Below, in pieces: positions 51,501 through 64,000 of a stretch of DNA of 64,000 nt. Each line of letters begins with the position of its first letter. Within the stretch, counting starts at the first letter, position 1. The stretch comes from Gordius albopunctatus (taxonomy: Eukaryota). The position numbers were made by a program, and so were the translations under genes. Location of the stretch: positions 10,788,001 through 10,852,000 of the forward strand of contig OZ193909.1 of assembly GCA_964276515.1 (NCBI GenBank), given 5' to 3'. The notes beneath the pieces are model-generated. The model was not told the DNA's origin and did not search any database. It saw nothing but the letters and a program-made list of their open reading frames with translations.

Positions 51501-54500
51501 TTTTTAAGCAGGATATAAAGGCAACATTAAATAATGAAGCTATATCCTTATCTTCAAGGCACCTGTCTCAAATAAATGATTTGAAAGAAAAACTATCGGT
51601 AATTAAATATAGATCGATTCTGTTAATTATGTAGGATATGATATATCCGTTAAAAAAATCAAATCAACCTAGTTTTGAGAGAGATGAGTGGGAAAGCGTT
51701 TTTTGTGAACTTGAACAGAGAAAAATAGAGCTTTCATTGAAAATTAACGACGAATATGTGATTGAAGAAAGTGTTAAAGTAACAACAAAAGGCTTAAAAG
51801 AACAATTAAAAGCTTATTTTGAAAATTATCGCACTACTCTCATTAATGAGTTTAAGGAGCAAATCGAAAGTCAAATCTCAACTTTGAAATATCGACTTGG
51901 GAAATTTTCTATCTTGCCAATCGGAATTTTTAATGGTAAAAGTGAAGATACATCTATAGATATTTCAATGGAAGACTTGATGGAGAGCGAGGTCAAAAAT
52001 CATTATTATATATATGTATTATTTATCTAAAGTTATGGGCATATTCAAAATATCTAAATTGATCAAATTATTTTAACATTTTTAGATTGTTAATGAAATA
52101 GAAAAGTTGAGTTCAAAAAAACAATTTTACGAAACCTTATCATGTACATTTGTAAAAGAATGGGAGGACTTAGCTAAGATATGGGAAAGTGTACAAATGA
52201 AAATAATTCAATCGACTTCGAGAAATGCTGTCAAAATGAATATTATAAATCAGAATTTACAACAAACATTTAATGCTTTAAAAGCTGATTTCAAAATTAT
52301 TTCCAATATATGGGAGCATAAAATTACCCCTATAAAAAATCGAAAATTTAATTTTCAAAACTCTGCTGATGACAAAGACTTTTTGCAAGACATAATAACT
52401 ATAAGCAATTTTTGCATTAATTTTAATTCCTTTAAACAAAAATTTGAAATGTTTACAATCAACTACAATAGACTTAAACACCCCACTGTTGAAATTGCTG
52501 ATTGGATTAATCAAATACTGGCATTTTCGATTATATTGGATAATTTCGAGCCAATATCCTTTATTTGTAAGCAATTGGCTGACACTTGTAACACCCCATT
52601 AGCCAATATAGAGTAGCGTTAAAAAAGTAAACAATATTTAAGCATGTTTTATAGAATTATTTTGAAACATATACAAACTATTTTAATATGGAAAACCAAT
52701 AAAATTGAAGATAAGACGGTTGAGGGATTTTGCGAAAGCATAATTGTCCTCCAAAATCGCCTTAAAAACTTTCATCAGAACTTAGCATTAATAAATGAAC
52801 ATTCCATTGACGAATTGTTACCTTTTATAATAAACATTATCCATGATGAAAATAATAAAAATGGTGAAAGTTCTAGTGTAACATTTAAAATTGTTATGGA
52901 AAATTTATTTAAACTCGACGAGAAAAAGAGTCAACTTACGGTACTTTACATCTCACTAATAATTTTTTAAGTGTTTAGGATCTGTTAATACGTTACCAGC
53001 AGGCTAGAAAAATCACAGAGACGTTTGAGTATTTTAATCACTGGACATTAACCACTATCTTAACGTTTAAGTATCATGTAATGTATAATGATACTGAAAA
53101 GATGTATGTCGACAATTGGGAAACTATAGGATTTCAAGTTGATTAATTGCCAATATCCCTCAACTTTATTTATTATGCAGATCAATGAAAAAAGATACAT
53201 ATTTAATATGATAAGAAATATAGATACTTTGAAAAAGTTTACTTCATTATGGGAATTGTATGAAAAATGGAAAGATTTTTTTAATAAGACGGAATTTATT
53301 GTCTCTACCTCGAAAGATATTCAGCGAAGATGGTTATACCTAGAACCTTTAATTCACAATCGATTATTTGAAGGAGAACCTATTTATTTGTCTTATGAGG
53401 TCGGACAAGAGGAATGGTTAAAGGTTTTGGATGCATTCGAAAGATCTCAACATTTTTTAAATGATATATATCAATCTCAGTTCTTCCGACTTAATGGGTA
53501 TAAAGATTTTGACCACTTTAAATCGCATATTAACTCAATTGGTCAAAGTTTCAATCAAGTTTCAAATAGTCTCACAGAATTTCTCGAGGTATATATTTGT
53601 TAGTTAAATGAAATATGTCTGAATCAAATAATTATATATTTCATACTAACTTAAATTCAAAATCACATTAGAAATTTTTAGAGCGTGCGCTATTTAACAT
53701 TCCAACGCAAAAATAATAATTACTCTTTTAATAGCGTCACTCCCACTTATCATTCGCTTACCTTAATTAATTAGCTCATTTCTAATTCATATAGACTAAA
53801 CGACAGGAGATACCACGGTTTTATTTTCTATCCAACAAAGATTTACTAGAATTTTGCAGTGATTCACATAGCCAAGATACAATTAATAAACATTTACCGA
53901 AACTGTATGACGGGATTAAAAACTTTACTTTGGATCTTGATAATGAAAATATTGTATCTTTTACTACCTTCCAAGCAGAAAACATTAAGCTCATCAAACC
54001 TGTTCATTATTCAAATAAACCATCGGTAACTAAGTATTTTGTTTATTTATATTATATGAATAAAAGGAGTGGATAAACAATTTATCTCAAATAATTAGCA
54101 AAACGCTTATATCGCTATTTAAAATGGGATACGAAACTTTTTGTCCCATCGTATTTAAAGATTATAATCAAGATTTAGTGGAGCTAATGAAATTTATAAA
54201 CGATGTTCCTTACCAAGTATTATGAATAAACCTATTGATTTATATTAACGCATAAAATGTTTAGATAACAAGCTTACTGTTTCACATATTATTCACTGAA
54301 TCATGTGAAGAGGCAATTCAAAATACTTCTTTAAACACCTTCATTAAATTATTGGAAAAATCGTTCGGAACTTACAATGATTTCAGCATAACATATTCAA
54401 GAACAAACAATTTAACGGAATATTATAGGATAAAAATAGAGGTAATTATTTAGCATTTCTCAAATGTTAATATTAATACTTCTAAATATTTACACCGAAT

Positions 54501-57500
54501 AAATATTGAAAACAATAAAATTATCCCCCTTAACAAGGCTATGGCTAGTCCCCCCCCCCGCACTTTTACACTTTCTAGGACATTAGTTTTTTTTAACTCA
54601 TTTTGTGGAAACTATGAAAAAAGTCCTCAAACTTTTTTCTTATATTGTAAATACATCTTAAAAATAGATTCCAATCAATTATTAAATTTTTAGTTATTTT
54701 AGCCCCGGTGTAGGGTGTCAGCAGCCAGCGTGGTAACTCCAAACATCCCTTTTGATTGGGTAAAGGGATGTTTAATGGCTTTTTCACACTCTCTCCCTCC
54801 AATGGGATTGGGTAGAGGCGTGATTGATGAGATTTTTTGAGAGAATTTTAGCTAGTGTTAACACCCAGCGTTCATCGTGTTACTACTGAGCCATTTTTCT
54901 TAAGTAGGCAATACATCATTCCTCCCTTATACTAAACTTTAACTACCCAAAAAGCACATTATTAATTTTTTGCATACTAAAATCTGTATTGTTCTCTTTA
55001 TAACTCATAATAATTTGTCTGTTTTTACAAATATTTATTTATTTTTATAGGGGGGGGGGGGGGGGGAATTATCCTAAGTTAGATCCCAGCTTTATAAAAA
55101 TTCATAAATATATATGTAATATTTTATTATATATAACAATAAAATCAAATAAATAAATAATTTGTCTATATTTAGTTATATAAAAATTTATAAACTCCCA
55201 CAATTTTAAAAACTTAATATTATAACCAAAATACTAGTCTAAACTTAATTTATTAAAAACAATAAACATAACGCCTAAAAATAGCAAAAATTGACCTTTG
55301 ATTGATTGACAGAGATATGCCGTTTGAGTTTTATATTTTTAAAATAAATTTCATTATATATGAAGATGAGCCCTTCCTTCTCCCAATTCTCAGCACTCAC
55401 CTCTCTACCTTCTTGCATATATCGACCCTAAAGTCTATCGCCTACTATCAACACAAATTTTATTCCAAGATTTTTTCTAAATTTAGGAATTCTATTGAAT
55501 ACTGCCCCTTTTTAATGACATGATAATGTTCATCATTGTATTTAATTATAGAATTTTCTAAAAGCATTATTATATATTACAAGGCTATTATGAGAGAACA
55601 CCTCTACTTTATGACAATAGCAAAAAACTTAGTAGACAAGTCAGTTGAGGATATTGAAGCATGGGAATGGATTAAAAATATGAGGTAACATATATTCAAA
55701 ATTTACTCAGAAATAAACAACCCATACCCTTTAGTTTATTTAAAATGCAATTTAGCGTGATATTTGTTACTTTTTTTTAACCTCCTTCAATCCTCAGACA
55801 TTAAAATAGTTCAGCATTAAAATTTCTTCCCCTCGCCTTCATCCACAATGATTAAAAGCTATCCCTCTGATATGCTGCATATAATCTCTATACAACAATA
55901 CATATTTTCCCATCAATTTTCTATATTCTTATAATAAAAATTATTCTAGGAAATGGCCGATTTATAAAATCAAATTATTAAAATTAATTATAAGAAAGAA
56001 GGTTGAATAAAAAAGTTTTTATGAAATCGATATAAAAAATTTCAAATGAATTGAATTTAATTATATTAGTTCTTGATTAATAAGGGAAATATAGTTGTAC
56101 ATTTAAGCTTATAAAGTTGCAGATATTTATTGTTTGGCATTCATCATTGATTTTAATTAGATTTTACTATAACAATAAATCCAAAAATCAGCTAGCGATT
56201 TGGATAGCCATGTGGAATTTTAAAATCTTATATACTTTTGAGATGCACGAATTTATAATGCCCCTTATCTACACAAGTTTGACCGAAAAGTGCTTTTTGA
56301 TTACTGCCTTTGGTATATGGTATATGGTTGAAAAATTAATAATATTTAGGGATATCTTGTCAGCACGGATCAACTCCTTATGGCGATGCAGGTATGGGAA
56401 AGACAGAGAGCATAAAATACTTTGGAAGACTTTGCGGAAAAAGAGTATTAGTTCTTAATTGCAACAAAGTAAATTGTCTTTATATTTTTTACATTTAGCA
56501 TAAAATTATTTTTTGTAACTAAGTTATCTTATATAATAAAACTTTTCACTTTTTGTAACATTATATATTCGACTTGTCCAGCCTAAGGCCAGAAATTGTT
56601 GAAAAATATCCAGCATATGTTTTAATTTAATTAATAACGCACTCTGCAATTAACTGTAATAAAACTATATAACAACACAATGAAGACTTTATGTAACAGT
56701 TTAACTTATTCTTCTTCTTTTTTCTATGACTGCTTGTCACCTAGGCTGGTGGTCAGTCCTTTCAGCATTAGTTTCCATTTGTTTCTATGTTTACATAGAT
56801 CTTTCTTTATCTTGTGGACTTTCATATCATGCCGTATTTTATAAATCCAGGTAAGCTTGGGTCTTCCTCTCTTTCGTTTTCCTACGAAATTTATCATCTC
56901 GATTTTCTTTCCTACGTGTCCCTTCTTTTGACATGGCCATAACATCTTAGTCTATTTGTTAGGAGCTTTGTCGCAATTGATGTAGTACCTAAAATTCTTC
57001 TTATTTCTTCATTTGGCCTATGGTCCTTTTTGCTTACTCCTAGCACCCATCTTAGCATTCTCATCTCCATGGCCGCAAGACGTTGCTCGTCTCTTTTACG
57101 TATAGCCCATGATTCCGAGCTATACAGGACTGTTGGCTGTATGATTGATTTATACAGTGCGCCTTTTAGTCTTCTCGGGATGTTTTTTCGCACAGAACAC
57201 CTGTCAAGTCCCTCCACTTGAGCCATCCGGAATTTATCCTTGCTTGGATTTCTTTATCCATTCCACCATCCGATTGAAGTGTTGATCCTAAATATTGGAA
57301 GGAATCCACGCTTGTAAGTTGCCAATCGCCTAAACTAAGGGATTCACTTTGCTGGTTTTGATCCGATTTAAACTTTGTCTTCATGTATTCTGTTTTCTTT
57401 CGATTTACCCTGAGACCACTTTCTTCTATTGCATTTACCCATCTATTTACAGTATTAGCCAATTCTTGTTCACTTTTGGCACAGAGGATTATATCGTCTG

Positions 57501-60500
57501 TAAAGATCATTGCCCAAGGAGCTTCCTCGCCCAAATCCTTGGTAAAATTATCCATTATCATTATGAATAGGAAGGGACTTAGAGCTGAACCTTGATGGAC
57601 TCCAGTCTTAATGGCAAAGCCCTTTTTAGTCCCCACCGTTGTTCTAACATACGTTCTATTTCCCTTGTACATATCCTTTATTGCTCTGACGTATACTTCT
57701 GGCACATTGCTTCCTTCAAGACATTTCCAAACTAAATTACGAGGAACTTTATCAAACGCTTTTTCTAGATCGATGAAACACATGTGCAAATCAATCCTCT
57801 TCCCTTTCTTTAAACCGTTCCATTAATCTTCTAACACTGTTTAGAGCGTCTGCTGTAGACCTCTCGGGCATAAATCCGAATTGGTTATCTCGAATTTGAA
57901 CCATACTCCGAAGCCGTTTTTCGATCACTTTTTCCCACACCTTGAAAGTGTGACTCATAAGCTTTATCCCTCTGTAATTGTTGCAATCCTGAATGTCCCC
58001 TTTCATCTTGTATATCAGGATCATGTAGCTATCCCTCCACTCGTTAGGCATTTTACCCGTTTTAAAGATATTGTTGAAAAGGTTGGCGAGGAATTGTGCA
58101 CCAGTATTGCCTAACGCTTTGAAGCCCTCTATTGGTATATTGTCGGGTCCAAGAGCGTTTATTGACTTTAGTTTACCCATAGCAACTTTCACTTCCGTTT
58201 CCGTGATCCAGTCCGCTGTGTTTAATTCTCCTATTGTATTTTCCTGCTTAGTGTCTTCGACTACGGGCCCCTTTTCAATTGATAAATCGCTATAATGGTC
58301 GTACCATCTTTGTAGTATATGGCTGTCATGTGTTAGTATTTCTCCCTTTTGACCCTTAATTACCCGGCATTCTAGGTAATCTTTAGAATTTCGGGCCCTT
58401 GACTTTGCGATTTTGTAGATCAATCCCTCTCCTTCCTTTGAGTTGAGTTTTACATTTATATCGTCGTACACCTTGTTTTTAGCTTTCGCTACGAATTTTT
58501 CAGCCGATCTTTTAGCTACTTGGTAAGCTTGCTTATCATTACTATCCTTGCTTTTTTACCAAACTTTGTACAATCTCTTCTTTTCCTTGATACATTTTTG
58601 CACTTCTTCATTCCACCACCACGTCTCCTTGAGAATTCTTTTAGTGGGCTTGCTTTCACCTAGTATTTGTCGTCCCGCTTTTCGCATTGTGGCAGCTATA
58701 CCATTCCATTGATCCTCACATGAAGTATTTTCCTTTAATTCAGCATGTTTAATTATTTGTTCCTGAAAATGATGAATATTATCCTTTAGTTTTCTCCATT
58801 GTATAGTAGCGGCTACTCTTTGTACCTTTTGCCCTTTAAGGCCCTTTAATATAAAGTCCATTACCAACAGCTTGTGTTGGCAGGCCAATATTTCACTCGG
58901 TATTACCTTAACATTTTGAACATACTTTAAGTGCGCTCTGTTGACTAGAAAGAAATCTATCTGAGTGGTACGGCTGTCGCTTTTGTACGTTATAAGATGT
59001 TCCTGTCTCTTTTTGAAGAAGGTATTTCCTATAGCTAGGTCCTATAAAATTTATTGGTCTTTATGCCTCAAGTCTGAACATTTTGCTTATTAGCAAGAAA
59101 AATTTAAAAAATCTAATAAATTTAAAATTTGCCGAACTTCTGCCACAAAATTTTGATTTGCAGAAAACGTAAAAAACATTTAGGATCCTTTGAATCTGAT
59201 AATATCATACAAAATGCGTTTTAAATTAATTAATTTCTAATATAACAAAGATCTAACAAGTATGTAAAGAAAGTTAATCCTTTTTTATATTTATTTTGCA
59301 AAACCTAAAAGCACACATCATAGTTTTAAAAATTATATTAACAATGTGGCTGAGTTTTATTTAACTGAGCATTAAATTGGTAAAATGGGCGTGTATTCCC
59401 CTTGGATTTTCGTATTTTAAGATATTTTATATCAATCATAATAAATAGAGGTCATTAAATGGGAAATATAATTTAATTATAGTAATTTTTGCAGATTATA
59501 GAAATAATTTAACTTGTTTAGACATATGAATGGGAATCTTTCAATCGATTATTACAAGGAATTAATTATTGCGGTTTTTGGGGATGCTTTGATGAATTTA
59601 ATCGTTTGAATAGTGAATTGATTTCAAGTGTATCTAAATACTTCCAACAAAAAGAGCCCACACAAAAAACTGTAACATTATAATATTATTATGCAACTCC
59701 AGCATTTAATTAGGAAGAGGATTCCAAGTTTTTTCTGACTTTAAATCCACATTCCGAACGATATTTAGACAGACGAATTATACCAATGACTCTCAAAAAT
59801 ATGTTTATTACGGTAGCAATGCAGAATCCAAATATTGAGAATATTATAAAAAATTTATTAAAATTATTTCCCATAAAAATTAATAGCTACGAACCGAAAC
59901 GCATAATGACCCTTATGACATTCCTAAAAAACACTTTATCTAACCAAAGTATGCATGATTTTGGATTGCGTAGTTGTTTGTTCATTATAAATTTATGTCG
60001 AAAAAATGTAACTTATAAGTTGCATATCAATCCAGACCTAGAACCTTTTTCCACATTTAAAGATACCTTATTTCAGGCGTTTGAAATAGCATTTTTTAGC
60101 AGACTAACCACTAAATGGGATAATGATATTATGCGCTATGGCATCCAAACTTTTTGCGCACCAAAATCGAATGATTATATTAAAGGCAATTCCTTAGTAA
60201 AAAACACCGAACAAGAGGATTTAATTAAATTGTTTCAAGTGGAACTAAAAAATAAGCTACCACATATATCCCCAAAGCTCCTTGGCTTATGGTCTTCAAA
60301 ATGTTTTGAGCTTTACCTTCAATTACATAATAGGTTAGGAGTTATATTGTATGGCCCTAGTAAGAGTGGAAAAACTTTAATTATTGAAGCAACAATTGCG
60401 ACCTTAAATAAGAAATTAGTTGGGTCGAATTCCCAGATTATTCATTCCTTAATTATAAACCCTAACTACCTGTCACCAAGACAATTATATGGATATATGG

Positions 60501-62699
60501 ATATGGATTCAAAAAAATGGAATGATGGAGTATTCACAGCTTTTGCTAGACAAGCGATAAATTATAGTAAAATCTTTATGAAATGCTGATTAAAACTTTT
60601 TATTAAATTTAAAAAATACTATTACATTCTCGTTTTTCATTCATAATAATAATTTAATATTTTTTTTATCTAAAATGACAATTTTAAATTTTATTAGGCT
60701 ATGGAAGCGTTATTATCTTTGATGGAACGCTAGTTCCGGATTGGATCGAATCATTAAACTCAATTCTCGATGACAATCAAATTTTAATATTAGCTTCTGG
60801 TGAAATTTTAAATTTTAAAGAATCCGCAAAGACTTGTGGATTAAAATATTCACTTAATATAATGTTTGAAACGGACAATATATCCCTCATTTCCCCGGCA
60901 ACCGTTTCTCGTTTAGGGATGGTTACGTTTGAGGAAATGTAACCTAAGTGCCTTCTTTTAACATACTAATATATTTTAGAGAGTATGATGATATGGAAGC
61001 TCTTACTTCGAATATTAAACAAATGTATTCGCCAAATATACACACCACGAGCTTAGCCACCCGACTGTTAAAAATAGACGATTTTGTGCTTCAATTCAAT
61101 AGCTGCTCATTACATAATTTACTTTGCGTATGCTCAGATATATATGATAATATTAATGAAGATAAAACTCGGGATCAAGTTAATCCTCTCATAAATGCCT
61201 GGTTTAGCTTAAATTTAACTGGAGCTTTATTGTATAATTACTCTGATATTTTCAAGATTAAAGATTCAAATGATGATTTTTATAAAGAATGGACTAATAA
61301 CATAAATCAAGTAGCATATTTCATTTAAAAAATAACATAATTAGATATCAACAAAGGTAGATGGATTACTGGAAATAATACCATTTTTCAAAATTTCATT
61401 ACTATTAGGTCGAAATTCATCATCTTCGGTTTTGAAAAACAGTTTATTGTTACTTGTAGGCAAAAGTTTAATTACACTTGGAATGTTTACAGGCGAGCTT
61501 CTAGCGTTTTCCAAAAAAGACGTGATATATATCGATGCATTTGCCTCAGACTTTGTCCAAACATTTAAATCTCTAATTACAAAATATTATTCGTTTAAAG
61601 AAATCATAGATGGATATATATTAACACCCTTCGCTGAGCAAGGATCAATTATTGTATTTAACTTAATTCAAAATTATCCCATCATAAACTTTGAACATGT
61701 TAATTCAATAATGTATCAGGTATAAATATTTATTTTTAAGATTACTCTCTGAGAACTAACATCCTATTATATTTTCAAACTAAAATAGGACCCATTTTAG
61801 AGTTTCATTAATAAGTATGTTTAAAGTAAATAATGAGCTTTTGTTAACTACTATATAGCCCAAGTGTTTCATCATTAAACAATTTTCCCTAAAAGATTCA
61901 ACACCTTATACTAAATATATCGGTTATTTATAATAGAAATTAGATTTAAAACTGACAAAAATGTTGAAATCTAGTATCGATTTGATTGTAAATGCATGTG
62001 TTTCTTTAATTAGACATGGCAATTAAGCAATCAACATTAATGTTTAGACAAATATATAATTTGTTTACTTCTTTAAATTCATCAGAATAATGACCTAATA
62101 AAGTCTTTTTATAATTATTTATAAATTATTACTACGAAAAAAGCAATAAATTGAATTAATCTTATTATCCTTTTAAATCGCGACTATAGTATAAAAAGGG
62201 TGATTATTTTGTCTAGCGCTAATAATAATATAAAATGTAATACATGAGTATTTTATAATAAATTTTAAATAGTACTGAATGATGTTGGCAAACTTTAAAA
62301 TGTCTTAAATATGTTCTGTAGCTAATTTCTTTTTTTGTTTAGTTAGTGAATTATGGAGCCTTTTACGATAAACACAATGAGTGGATCATATTAAAAAATA
62401 CGTCTTATTTAGCCACATTTTTGGATTACAATTCTTGTCTCGAAGAATATCATTCTGATAACTTTTTTACCTTTAACAAGCGTATTCTATCAAGAAGCGT
62501 ATTTATTACACTCCCGTAATACTTTTTTATAATTATTTTAATTTATGAATTTAGATTATTGAAGGAAATGGAATATAAACAAGTAATCCTTGCTTTGATC
62601 AAATCATTCTTCAAAGCTATTGTTATGGAGCAAGATGTTCTTTCAAATAATATAACTCCTGAAGCATTTTTTGCATTCTGTTTCGATACAGTTGACAAT
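42526..62699 (+). CDS. DYNC2H1: Cytoplasmic dynein-2 heavy chain-like (retrograde IFT motor), 5' portion, many exons; gene continues beyond the window
   Basis: Linker: IQRRWLYLEP, PRFYFLSNKDLLE. AAA1: PYGDAGMGKTESIK, WGCFDEFNRL, DFGLRS. AAA2: ELYLQLHNRLGVILYGPSKSGKT, QLYGYMDMDSKKWNDGVFT, WIESLNSILDDN, SPATVSRLGM. AAA3 region: GAFYDKHNEW. These read closer to dynein-2 than to dynein-1 or axonemal chains. N-terminal exons (42526-42714, 43875-44058) are less certain. Confidence 0.85.
44102..44262. mobile_element. Small hAT-type MITE in dynein intron
   Basis: catggccgta / tacgcccatg termini; TSD ccattata / acattata. Confidence 0.8.
44488..44978. mobile_element. Fold-back MITE
   Basis: tggtgatgggaaaaagc / gctatttccccattacta ends. 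About 44565-44685 is near-perfectly inverted at about 44793-44915. Confidence 0.85.
46140..47846. repeat. Tandem repeat array plus Helentron/DINE-1-like element end with (GGAC)n microsatellite
   Basis: About 10 copies of TTGGCCAATGGTCA(T)nCATTGGTCAG; 310-bp direct duplication; GGAC/GACA tract 47770-47809; AATTGCATAGCAATT hairpin at about 46852 and about 47829. Confidence 0.8.
48869..49027. mobile_element. Small hAT-type MITE in dynein intron
   Basis: cacgggcgtagc / gctaggcccatg termini; perfect TSD cttagctc. Confidence 0.85.
56705..59042 (-). mobile_element. RTE-clade LINE, second family, 5'-truncated, antisense in a dynein intron
   Basis: NTFFKKRQEHLITY, ETWWWNEEV, NYRGIKLMSH, FIDLEKAFD, GVHQGSALSP, FTDD, GKRKRGRPK; frameshifts; (AAG)n tail near 56708-56722. 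Confidence 0.95.
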
Positions 62700-64000
62700 G
62701 TGAGTTACTCTAATATTGAATTTCCATCATTTTATATAAGAAATAGCCCGATCTACCTTTTTACAAAATATGTTTACATAATTTAAATAGAATTATTTTT
62801 ATTAAAATTGTTATAATGGTAAGTCAAATTGTTCGAATAAAGTATAAGTCGAGTTTCCTTTAAAATACGATTATATATATTCATTTAAATTTGTGTATGT
62901 TATAATTACCTTTATTTAAAGCCGTAACAATTCAGACATCAAAATCACAAATGTTTTAAACTATTGCATAAGAAAGTTTGCTTTGTTAATGGTCTCGTCG
63001 TTAATAAAATTATAAAATTTTCTTACTCTGACCATAAGTCTGTTAAATAAACTCAAAGATGTTCGGCGGTTCATTGTATAAGAAAGTTGGTTTTAATATA
63101 GACGACCATTAATAAAACCAATATTTTTATATTTTTATTTACTTTAAAAACACTTGATACTTGTGAAAGACTTCTAATTTAAAAAAATATTTTGTGATTT
63201 TGTACAATTAGTTATGGGCGTAGGGAGTATTTACATTAGAAATGAGGGTAGACTTGTTGATGATTTAGATAGGGGCTAAAGGATGATAGTCACTTGCAAT
63301 AAATGGGGTAGGCGAGGGAGGATTTTTTCGAATTTATATGGAAAATCTCAATAATAAATATATGACTAAGAAATAATGAATTATCTTAATTAATTTGAAT
63401 TAAATTTTATCTATTAATTATTTATGACTTTTATTTATAGAATTTAGTATACCTACTAGGGCCAGTTTAAAAATGAAAAGTTTAATTCTTAATTATTTCC
63501 CTGAAAAATTTATCTTTTAAAATAGAAGAGAATTTGTTTAATTCTAATAACACCGGCTACATAATAAATTTATAATTAATTTCATAGTAAAAGGTTCCAT
63601 AAAGGTTCTATTGATATAAATGTGATATCGATATGCTTGACTAGTTTTTCAAAAGTCAAGTATGTTCCACCCAGCAGCCAAAAATAATTTTTTTATCTAT
63701 TTTATTCGGATAGAGATGAATGTAAACTATATTTTGTTTTTAAGATAAGGAAACATCTAAGGGACAATGGCGACATAAAACAGAACGATGTTTTTGAGAT
63801 ATTAATCAATATAACTCAATCTACATTAAACCAATTAATTAAATTAATCCAGCCAATAAAGACAAAATTGAGCAATTTACTATTTTTGGAGCTCACCATA
63901 CAATTCCTTTTAATGCATGTTGCAAAATATTTTCCAAATGCATCGGATCAAAAAATGAGATCTGATATTGTCATTATTTGCGAAAATGTGTTTGGTATTC

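Noticed and set aside
55050..55066. Long G homopolymer (also G/C runs at 4860-5030 and 45225-45256) as a functional G-quadruplex
   Set aside because: Such runs recur in MITE cores throughout the window, homopolymer length is assembly-sensitive, and nothing indicates function.

Overview
Very AT-rich eukaryotic (animal-type) genomic DNA with three intron-containing host genes, all on the + strand. They are a complete 12-exon HDAC3 (12845-22282), a compact 3-exon MXRA7-like gene (33714-34110) and the 5' part of a strongly diverged cytoplasmic dynein-2 heavy chain (DYNC2H1-like, from 42526, running out of the window). Introns are bimodal: 31-41 nt mini-introns sit alongside multi-kb introns filled with transposons. 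Much of the remaining sequence is mobile DNA: four RTE-type LINE copies (one nearly intact), CRE-like RLE retrotransposon remnants, two Gypsy pol remnants, a tRNA-derived SINE (2 copies), many 8-bp-TSD hAT-type elements and MITEs (some nested three deep), and Harbinger, MULE, Helitron and Helentron-like relics plus long fold-back palindromes. The best hidden signals are a twister-ribozyme-like motif at the RTE 5' end whose similarity stops at the predicted cleavage site, and a dynein-2 with an altered AAA1 P-loop and a lost AAA3 P-loop. All protein and RNA assignments come from manual translation and remembered family motifs; no searches were run and the species cannot be identified from the sequence.
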